Source: Utricularia gibba (Eukaryota > Plantae > Magnoliophyta). Taken from it: a DNA stretch of 64,000 nucleotides. Below the pieces are notes generated by a model. The model was not told the DNA's origin. It was given only the letters and a program-made list of their open reading frames with translations, and ran no database searches. Shown here one piece after another: positions 54,670 to 64,000 of the stretch; the first letter of the stretch is position 1, and each line of letters begins with the position of its first letter. The stretch is from NCBI GenBank assembly GCA_002189035.1, contig NEEC01000010.1, positions 2,418,001 to 2,482,000 of the forward strand, given 5' to 3'. A program made the position numbers and the translations under genes.

Positions 54670-54813
54670 ACAATTCCATGTGTTTTCTGAATCAATTCCA
54701 TATACTTTATTAGCTGTATTTGCTTTTCAACGACAATTGCATGTGTTTTCTGCATCAATTCCATATACTTTATTAGCTGTATTTGCTTTTCAACGACAAT
54801 TGCATGTGATTTC
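54670..54813 (+). repeat. 63-bp tandem repeat, about 2.3 copies, between the two transposon genes
   Basis: ACAATT[C/G]CATGTG units begin at 54670, 54733 and 54796. Confidence 0.85.
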
Positions 54814-54881
54814 TTATTAAGATTCCACCTTTTTCATCTATAAAATCAAGGCTATGTATCATTTTCAAACACAACGCATCC

Positions 54882-56084
54882 ATGTCTTCTTCCAGCAACT
54901 CTTCCCCACGTACCGATAATTCTCAAGATGAAGGTGAGACTCCAAATGCTGAAATAGTCTCTGTTATAACGACACTAGCGCAATCCATTCTTGAATTTTA
55001 CCAATGTGCTTTTGTAAGAATGTCTTGTCGAGATAGATAGTTATCTGGAGCTGCATGGTTAAAGGGTATACTGGAAGGCCATTGGATTCGTTCATATCAA
55101 CTACTTCGAATGGAACGAGAAACATTTCATAGGTTATGTAGTGTTCTATATGAACACTATGGTTTAATAGCCACACGCACAGTCTCTGTTGAGGAACAAG
55201 TGGCAACGTTTTTCTTGGCAATGGGTCTGAAATGTAGTAACCGTTTGCTTCAAGAATGGTTCCAACGTTCTGGATATACTGTAAGTCAAAGTTTTCGTGC
55301 AGTTCTTGATGCTTGTGCAAATATGGCTTCTGAATTTATAGTTCCAACGAGTGATATGTCGACTCCCCCTACAAAAATAAGAAATGATTCTCGATTTTGG
55401 CCTCATTTTCAAGATGCGGTTGGTGTCATTGATGGTACTCATATTCCTGCGAGAATTAAAAAAGAAGATAGACGTCCTTTTTTTGGTCGATACCGTGAAG
55501 CCACACAGAATATTTTGGCAGTATGCGACTTCAATATGCTGTTCATGTTTGTAGCTTCAGGATATGAAGGACAAATGCATGATAGTTCAATATTATCACG
55601 GGTTATGCATTCACCCGAAAATAATTTTCCATTGCCACCACCAGGTAAGTATTACCTTGCTGATTCTGGGTATATGAATACTACATTTTTTTTGACACCA
55701 TATAGAGGTCAAAGGTACCACTTGGAAGAGTTTCGTGCTAATCCACGGGTTAGAAATCCTACAGAGATGTATAATTATCGACACTCTTCACTACGTTCTG
55801 TAATTGAACGATGTTTTGGAGTATGGAAGGCAAAATTTGACATGGTTAATAGACTTCCTTGAGGATTTTCATGGCAAGATCAAGTACTTATTGTACCAGC
55901 AACTATGACAATTTGCAATTTTATCAAGAGAGTTGATGCAAATGATCCAGATTTCTTACATTTTGAAGTTGATAATTGGACTCCACCATATAATCCTCAA
56001 ACAGCTCTACCAGCAGCAGAAGCTTTTGCATCATCAACTCAAGATGGATATATGACTGCTTTACGTGATGCAATATGTGCATAA
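54882..56084 (+). pseudogene. Harbinger transposase (HARBI1/DDE_Tnp_4 type) with in-frame nonsense codons
   Basis: One reading frame from ATG 54882 with TAG at 55038 and TGA at 55860. Catalytic motifs GVIDGTHIP, MHDSSIL, YYLADSGY and IERCFGVWK are present. Confidence 0.9.
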
Positions 56085-58285
56085 ATTAGTAGAATAAATT
56101 AAAAATGTCTCATAATATCAAGTCTAGTTTATCTATTGTTGTTTTCAGAGTTTATATAACTCAATCTATCGTTTATTATGCATGTTATTACGATTGAATG
56201 AGATTTGTGTTAATATTATTTTATTACATATTACAATTCATATAACTATACAAATATTAATAAATACATTAAAATATGAAAAAAAATTAATTATTAATTT
56301 GTTACATAACTTTAAAACATTGATTTATAATTATACGAAAATAATAACTATAAATTATATTATTAAAAACATTTAAATGAATATATGGGTATTTTAGACT
56401 TTTGTTTACAAATTCTGAAAGTTATATCAAACACTATTATTTTTTACTTATGACTTTTATAAATAAGTTAAAACAAACAACTCCTACTTATTTTTTACTT
56501 TAAATTAACTTCTACTTACTCTTACTTATAAGTTAATTTATCATAAGTAATGTAAAACACCCTCATTTTTTACAATTTAATTTTGGGGGTTCCAAAATCA
56601 TTCCGCGTGCTAGGGTTTGAGTCCCGGAGCGGCGAAGGAGCTCGGCGGAGGGGGGCTGGGGCTGGGCTCCGGGATTCGTACAGAGGAAGCAGACAGCAGG
56701 TATTTATTTGGTTGAAGCTTGTTCACCTGCCCAGGGGCCTCTCCCCCTTCCGCTTACCCCCTACTTTTGTCTTCTCATTCTCAGGCCTCAGTAGGGCGTC
56801 CCCCACTTCCCAATCAGGGCTCCCCTCCTGCTTACCTTTCCTGCACTTTTATTTACGTGCGTACTTGCTGTGCTATCATTTTTACCATTGGTTAAAATGC
56901 GGGCATACGCCTTCGCGTATCATTTTTACCTACATTTGGACACCATAAACAACACACTACCATTCTTTTTTACTGTCGTGGTACATTTCCATGCATTTTC
57001 AAAAGTTTTAGAATCAAATTTTGGTTATATCAAATGTATAGTACCGAAGATGATCATTTTTATTACGTATGTGATTACGAGAAATCGTAAAATTTTCAAA
57101 CCTATGATTCTAATATTACTTTTTTGTATAATAATAATAAATCAAAGGAAAACCCTAATTTTGTGTCTGAGAATTGGGTAGGCATGTGGAGGGAGTAGGG
57201 AGTAGGGTGCATGTGCATGGTGCATTATTGTGCTTGTGTCAGGTGCCATGTGTGTGTAATTACATATTATTTAACAATCATTAGAGAGAGGATCCATTGG
57301 AACCTTCCATTCCAATGCCTATTTGTATGTGCATGTTTGCAACTTCTTCATTCTTCTACCTCACCTTCACTTCACTTGGTATCCACACTAAACATGTTTG
57401 TGTTTGGATCCTGAATGCTTACACTGATGGGTCGATGCGAACCCAAAATTAAAGGTATTACACTCTCTTGTTATAGTCCTGTTTCTCAAGAATCACAAGT
57501 GGTGGGATGAGAAGTATGACATGTTTGGGAAGTAGATGCCTTTGCAAGATAAACCAATGTGTTACACATAGAGAGCGAAGCGAATAAGTCAATTTTCGGT
57601 GACTTGTGACTAAGTAGTGAGGCTAGGCTTAAGGTTTTGGATCAAATGTCACATGAAATGTCTACTTATGAGGGAAATTGTTTCTTCGTTTTCGTGTATG
57701 AGAACCGGCTTTTTTTCGAATTTTACTTGGGATGATTTGCAATGTTGATGTCACAAGGCCATAATACAAGATAGTGGAAAAGAATACTCTTATCCTTACC
57801 CCAAAAACAAAACTACCCTTGTTCATTTCTGAGTTTCATCCCCTTTGGTTACTCCACTTTTACTTTCCCCTTTGTCCACCACTTGGAAAATGCAAATTCA
57901 CATTCCTTTTTTTCTTCTTCTTCTGTATATAAGCTAAATGTTGATCAAAGCATTTTGAGGAGGGTTTGAGCTAGAAACTCACGCTTATCGAATATTTGAA
58001 GCTCGTTACTTGATCGTGAAAACTAGAATTTGAATGAAACATGATGTATAGTCGAATATCGTAATTCTTTAAGCCATGATAGGATATCAATTTCATCTAG
58101 TTTCAAGGAAATGAGACATTGAGGGTTTGCAGGATTGCCTCTAAGCCATGATCACTTGCCTTTACACAATGGAAATGCTGATTACAATAACAAATACAAA
58201 CAACAGGAACAACAAATACTCATAGCAATAGCATGATCATACACAACCTTCTCATCCTCCTGCCTGAGATGCAGAACCGATCTCC

Positions 58286-59649
58286 TCAGAAGTTCAGATC
58301 CTGCGCGAAAAAAAGACCCCCAAAAAGCATTTTCGACAGGATCAGTTACATCTTGATTAACAAACAATTAGGTTAAGAAAGGCAGATCATGAGGCTGATG
58401 CAATCTCTCTGTTCTAAATGTTAGAAGCAATTCAGAACTAATGGAGTAGCAGGAGTTAGCTCACCATGGTCTGCTGGCTCAGGCCCTGGCTCCCCATTGC
58501 CGAGCCATCGGAGGTAGATGGCTTAGACCCATCCCCAACCTGCCACTCTAAATTTACCCCAAACAGCCTCAGCTTCATCAACTTTCCTGTTTCCCCCTCT
58601 TCCTCTCTTTTCTTGCTCGACCCTCCTGCAGGATCAAGTTCATATTTTACATGATAAATTTCGACAATCGATTCGCTATACATATCCATCAAAGCTGAAG
58701 TATGTGTTAAACATAGAAACTATAGTATCTTCTTAGGAAGTTGTTTTAGTAAAACAAGATGACAACATAGGTTAAAAAAGAGAGAGTACGAGTGTAGTTA
58801 AATTTTTTTTACTACGGCGTGAGTTATGTTACTGTTTATGTGGAAACACATTGTGTTCTCTATGGCTACTTCTTAGTGTATTTTTCCTTCTATTCTATTC
58901 TGGTTTGTTTATCCTTTATAAAGTCTACTATTTTTTTTTCGGAATTCGATTATGTAATCGTCTTTTATTTAATATTGAGCTTGATCTAGATTTTGCTCAA
59001 TGGTGTTCTTGTGGGTTTTTTTTTTTTTGAGAAAAATGATATAGGAAGTTTGGAGAAAATTTGATTAAAAAAGTAAGAAATAATGACTTTGTACCTGCAT
59101 TAGGGCAATTGGTTTTGAATGTCACCGGAGAAGGTGAAGCATGAAAATGGCGATGACCGGCGTACGCCATCCCCACGGCGGGGGGTAGACCTTCGCCGAA
59201 CGATTTCCGGGTACACCCTATGAAAAGGCGGCCGATGTGCAGCCGGTGGCGAGAGAACCTAACAACGTCCCCATGATCAAGCCTCTTCTCCTTCACATAA
59301 CGGCTCCACCCCTTGGTCAAAACATAGCTCTGGCTGCTCTTCCAGTACGAGTACCGGAACCGCCACTGCTTCCCCGCCTCGTCGGTGAAATTCAAAATCA
59401 AACCCTTTTCTCCGGCCTCCGGGAGGGGAACCATTTCTCAGCTTGCTGCTTGGGGATAACCAGACGGTTGAGCTTCCCGACGTCGCTGGGAGTGAGGGAC
59501 TTCTCGAAGAGGGGGAGGGCGTCCTCCTCCGGCGGGGGATTTTGGTCGACGGCGAGGGGGTAGGTGGGGCTCCAGGTGGTGTCGACCACGTACTCCGGCC
59601 ACCTGAAGTAGTGTGGGACTGAGGAGAGATTGTTGAATGTGAATGACAT
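58286..59649 (-). CDS. NGAL: NGATHA-like B3 transcriptional repressor (SOD7/DPA4/ABS2 type), 3 exons, apparent -1 frameshift at 59425-59428
   Basis: B3 domain [26 protein letters not shown]...[29 protein letters not shown] and the RLFGVNL repression motif in exon 2. The last exon (DLNF*) is less certain. Confidence 0.88.
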
Positions 59650-59770
59650 CTCAGATTGATGGTGTGGGGATGAGATGATGATAGAAGGTTGGTATCATAA
59701 AGCATCTCATCTCAAAACTCTCTCCCTCTGCTTTTCTTTCTTTTAACGACAACGGGCTGGGGCTCCTTCC

Positions 59771-59858
59771 TTTTATACATACCACCGCCATGCCATTGCA
59801 TGCACATGCCATGACGTCATCCCAACCATCATCATCATCATCATCCCACTTCCACGTG
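59771..59858 (-). promoter_or_regulatory. NGAL core promoter: TATA box with RY, C-box and G-box motifs
   Basis: TATAAAA on the minus strand (59771-59777), CATGCA 59799, TGACGTCA 59812, CACGTG 59853. Confidence 0.6.
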
Positions 59859-62074
59859 GTGGTATATCAAAATTTGGTATAAGTAGTCCAAAATAATGAT
59901 AAAATTGTTCCTCATTATTTAGAAAATTGAATATTTCTAATAATTTAATATTGATATAAGTAAATTTTAATATTGAAAATAATTGGTATTAGTAGTCTTC
60001 AATTGCTTAAAAATTTTAATAAAATTAGTCTCCAACAAATTATACATTGGTTATTGAATAGTAGAAAGTAGTTATATCTGGTATTCAAACATTGATTGAT
60101 GAGAAAAATAATATGTTTAGAGATTATTTTAATTTTATATTACATTTTTTTCTTGAAAGGTAAGAATCTAAAATTATAAAAATTAGGTATACAATATGAA
60201 TAATATCGTACAAAATAAGCATAAGTCATAACATTTGATATCAAAACTAAATTTTAAAGTTGGATGTAGATCACAAGAGAGCCAAACACTAGGATTCACC
60301 TCCCTCTTTTTTAGAGGAGACCTTCGCAAGCCGGGAAAGTGAAAAGAATAAATGGAATAAACACATTCCTGGGGAAAACATTGTTCCTCATTTCAATTCT
60401 ACTTCATTGGGAACACACACAACCTTCTTAATTGCAGTAGAATCAAAGCGAAGTGAGATGGGTGAGTTTTAGCTTATAATGCTTGGTGCTGGAATGATAT
60501 TTTTGATCAGTAATGGTAACATTTAGATTCATTATTATGTTTGAGATCGTATGAATGGAAGTTATGGGGTTGGCCGATGAGCACTGTAAATCCTTCTTTC
60601 ACTCGTGTACCATATTCACACAAAAACACACACTCACATGCAGCTAACTAATCCAAGGAACATGGAATTCACCGCAGTGAAAATGGATGCTTTTACCTGG
60701 GTTGAATTCCATTTCACCTCCATCTTGAACTTGGTAGTTAATATCTTTGGAGCTCTAGGATTTGGGAGAAGGGAATGGACCACACCGTTTCAATGTAAAA
60801 AAATGGGAACCCATTCCGTTGCATAGTTGTTCTCTGATGGTTCCACTTGTGAAAAGATCAGATCATTCGTGTGAAACTTTTAGGGGCCTGCTCTATTTCA
60901 CTTGAAATCTGTAGTGATGCTTTAGATGGGAAATGTGGGAGTTAGGAACTGTATGTTTCTTGTAAAAACATAGATGAATGGGTAGCTAAAATGCTACATT
61001 TTTTTGCAAAGGAAAACAAAGAGGTACACAGCAGAGGACCACTGCTATGCTTCTGCTTATCTGTTTATTCTACTTATTCTGCAAAGGAATCGCCCTCTCT
61101 AGAAGTGCATTTATTTCTACCAGAAACGCATGCAGTGAGGGAGTTTCCAGACCAGTGTTCTATTTGCTATGTGCCCAATGTGCAGGAGCCATGGCTCCTT
61201 GGTCTCAGCTCTGCTCCTGATCATAACAAGCATATGAAAAAGAAGCATTGAATGTGCTAAAATGTCAGTCTATTCCCACGACCTGGACCCCCCTTTTCAT
61301 TTGGCTGACAAGTCCTATTCTTCATCCCAGAAACATGATAATTTCATTCATGATCTTGCACTGTCAACACAACCTTACTCCTTGCTTGGGGTTCATAGTC
61401 AGAGCTCATCTGTGGCAGTGACTGTACATGTTAGAACTTTACTATAGTTTCCAAACTTCCGTTAAATCTTCTGTGCCTTTTGGTCCATTGATGCCTATTG
61501 CTGTGAAGTAAATAGACGAGGGAAGGGGATGGAAATCGAAGTTTTGGAGTTTAGCCCATTGGGTTTACTCATCCAACGAACTGCAACAAGTTCTTTAATA
61601 CTTGAGACCATTTCTTTCAGCACCTATAGACTTCTTTAATACACAGCCAATGCTTGTGCTTATTCATAATACTGATACTGCTTCGGAAGGAAACATGGTG
61701 GCAGAGCGGAGATATGCACACTGGATAGAACCGAGAGAGCTCCAACATTGGAGCTCAGATTTAGTATAAGAGAAAAACATTAAAAGGATGTTTCATTTCC
61801 CTACAGCTTGACTGCTAAACAATTTGTAATAAGTTGAAAAAAAAAAAAGGATGTATATAACAGTCTCCGTCGATGGAGTCCTAACACAAAATAAAGCATG
61901 CTCACAACAAGAATCAGAGGAACTTCATTCCAGGAAAGCTTATGTTGAACTGTTGCCTAATACAGATAGATTGAACTAACAAGTTCAATCCTAGTGTCTG
62001 AAAGCAGGATTGCTAATCAACGAGATGTTAACTTGTATATGTTCATTCAGGAAAATTTCTCTAAAGAAAAACAC

Positions 62075-64000
62075 TCACCACATGCCTCTCCTTGAATTCA
62101 GCTCTCCCTCCCAGACGTTGGCCAGTCTAGACTTCAAGTCAGTGGATTGGTGATATGTGTTACTCAGGTGCTCGTTATTTTTGAACCCTGTTGCAACTTT
62201 GCGCCTCAGTGAATTATCCGTATGGCTTCTTCTTGGGGGTTTGTGCATAGAATCTACAAAATTTTGTACATTCATACCATCTCCTTGGTTCATCTGATGA
62301 TTCCCCAATTCAACTACATCTGATATACTCCTTTGAAGAGGTTTGGCTCTCCAAGAAACCTGGCTAGATTCAGAGTTTCTAGCTTTGGACTCACCCTCTC
62401 CATTGGCATCGGCTCTCCCCTTTTAACATCATTAGATTTAAGTTCAACTGAATGAATGTCACTTCCAGCAACATGCCCTTTGAAATCTGTAGGATCTGCC
62501 TCCCGGGCATCATAATGGTGTTTGTTTTGAGAGGACCTACCGTGAGGCCTACTCAACGGTGCAGGTTTGTCTGAATCTTTGTCACGTTTAACTCCTAGGA
62601 AGACTTCAAGTTGTTTCCTCAGCTTGCCAATGGCAGAGTTTTTCTCCTCAAATCTGGTTCTAGTTTGAGATTTTGACCATTGCTTCTCATCACACAATGT
62701 GTCGACTGAATTCTGCATTTCCTTTTCAGCATCTTCATGAGATCCAACCGCACCGATCTGCTTTTCTACACCAGGCCTATCTTCATCAACATTTCTTGCT
62801 AACACATCACACATCTGTTCTGTTATCTCTCTTGTCCTCTTCTCACTCTCCAGTTCCTTAACAGTCTCAACAAATGCATGCTTCATTTCTGCAAGCTCAC
62901 TCCCTAGTTTCTTGTTCAAGCTCTCAAGCCTGTGTCTCAGCTTCCGCTCCAACTCCAATTCACTAGACACAGCCCGCACAGCTGCTTCAATAGAATGATG
63001 TTCTTTACTTTTCCAAGATGCCTTTTCCTCAGCAAAATGTTTCATCAAATATGTGATCTCATTCTGATGCTTGCGCTGTTCCTGAACAAGATGGTTAACC
63101 TGCAGGCGTGCCCTCTCAAGCTCCGCATGCAGAGCCGAGATGACAGACAAACCAGATAACGATTGATCTGCACGAGCAGAAAGGTTGCTGATGATCTTCA
63201 ACAGCTCTTTTGAGGTAGTCAAAGCATTGCTTATGTCCTTTAGCCTGCTCTTGCCGCCATCACAAACAGATCCATTGGATGTCATGGAGTATGATCCGCG
63301 TTCAACCTGTGATGCAGTTTGTAAGAAATACAGATTGCAAGAAACACAAAAATATTAACTTTTAATCATATGGATACTGTCAGTCCTTACCTCCATGAAA
63401 CTGCTGCGGCTAAGAGAATCAAACGTTGCACCACCTTGCTCAGCCAATCGGAGCCTCTCAGAGATTGATCGAACCCTGCCATGACTGCCTTTTGCAGATA
63501 TTTCTATCCTCTGTAAAATAAAAAGCCTAGTTGAATCTAAGATGCGCAACTGCTCACAAAGGCGATGTGATTTGAAATGAACACAGTACAGCAAATAAAA
63601 AACAAGTAAAAACATATTAACAGATGGCCAAGTCAACCTCTGATGCTGAGGGGCTTTGTGAATGATCCAAAAGAGAGTTAGATCCTGAATGCAGATCAAA
63701 TCCGAAAGATGGTTTACCCCCTTTACGACCTTTTCTACTCCTATTCCGCTTCTCACTCATTCTAGGAGAAGGGATCTCATTCATTTCCCACAGAGTAGCA
63801 GCAAGCCTGCGAGCTGAAATGGGGCGAGTTGATTTCCCACTCTGTGCATGTTTCGGTGAATCAATTGCATTTTTCACATGGGTGGTCCTCCAAAGAGACG
63901 CCGGAGTAGCAGATCGAGAACCCGAGATCCTGGAGCGACTCTTGCCAGCCAAAATGGCTCGCTTACTAAACCTGAAGCTCACAACTTTTGATGAAGCAGA
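62075..64000 (-). CDS. Coiled-coil protein, At3g11590-like; 5' partial; apparent -1 frameshift at 62417-62424
   Basis: ISARRLAATLWEMNEIP, LTTSKELLKII, SALHAELERAR and LESLNKKLGSEL. The shifted frame continues PLQRSISDVVELG to TGA at 62075. Confidence 0.85.

Larger units (their letters stand above)
52840..56562 (+). mobile_element. PIF/Harbinger DNA transposon, about 3.7 kb, complete ends, defective transposase
   Basis: Perfect 10-bp terminal inverted repeat GGGTGTTTTA (52840-52849) / TAAAACACCC (56553-56562), extending to 17/20. ACTTA-rich subterminal arrays. Encodes a Myb/SANT protein and a DDE_Tnp_4-type transposase. TSD ambiguous (TTA vs TCA). Confidence 0.9.

Noticed and set aside
58483-58503. 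miR160-like complementary site in NGAL exon 2
   Set aside because: The core of 10 pairs is flanked by mismatches at miRNA positions 1-2, two wobbles and a gap, which is beyond normal plant target tolerance.
61737-61756. Perfect inverted repeat GAGCTCCAA-CA-TTGGAGCTC
   Set aside because: A 9-bp stem with a 2-nt loop and no extended hairpin or partner end is compatible with chance in 64 kb.
60300-62000. Short ORFs between NGAL and the coiled-coil gene
   Set aside because: No family motifs or splice-consistent structure. Probably upstream regulatory DNA and 3' UTR.

Overview
Gene-dense nuclear DNA from a eudicot plant; the species cannot be determined from the sequence. It has short introns (many 67-100 nt), very AT-rich spacers and about 22 protein-coding genes. 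In order: LRR-RLK pseudokinase (5' partial), eIF3h, FLA15-18-type fasciclin, MyoB myosin receptor, type I M-alpha MADS copy 1, EXO70A, BTB-family remnant, METTL13-like methyltransferase, PUB22/23/24-type U-box ligase, DExH1 helicase, a conserved unknown protein, MADS copy 2, alpha carbonic anhydrase, TSR2, a small tail-anchored protein, cpSRP54, an acyltransferase-like protein, TBL8/9, ITPK4, NGAL-type B3 repressor and an At3g11590-like coiled-coil protein (5' partial). It also holds one tRNA-Asn(GUU), two clearly decayed pseudogenes (DUF547, NHL/LEA2) and a 3.7-kb PIF/Harbinger transposon. I do not see a convincingly new biological system. The main cross-cutting signal is seven single-base (-1) frameshifts in six otherwise conserved genes, all in short homopolymers, which most likely reflects assembly error. 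Other leads: a Harbinger element with an intact Myb/SANT gene but a transposase killed by nonsense codons; a TBL gene and an acyltransferase-like gene only 164 bp apart; two inverted MADS paralogs whose homology continues past both stops; and a possible splice donor overlapping the METTL13-like stop. Family assignments and Arabidopsis locus names come from motif recognition and memory, not from database searches.
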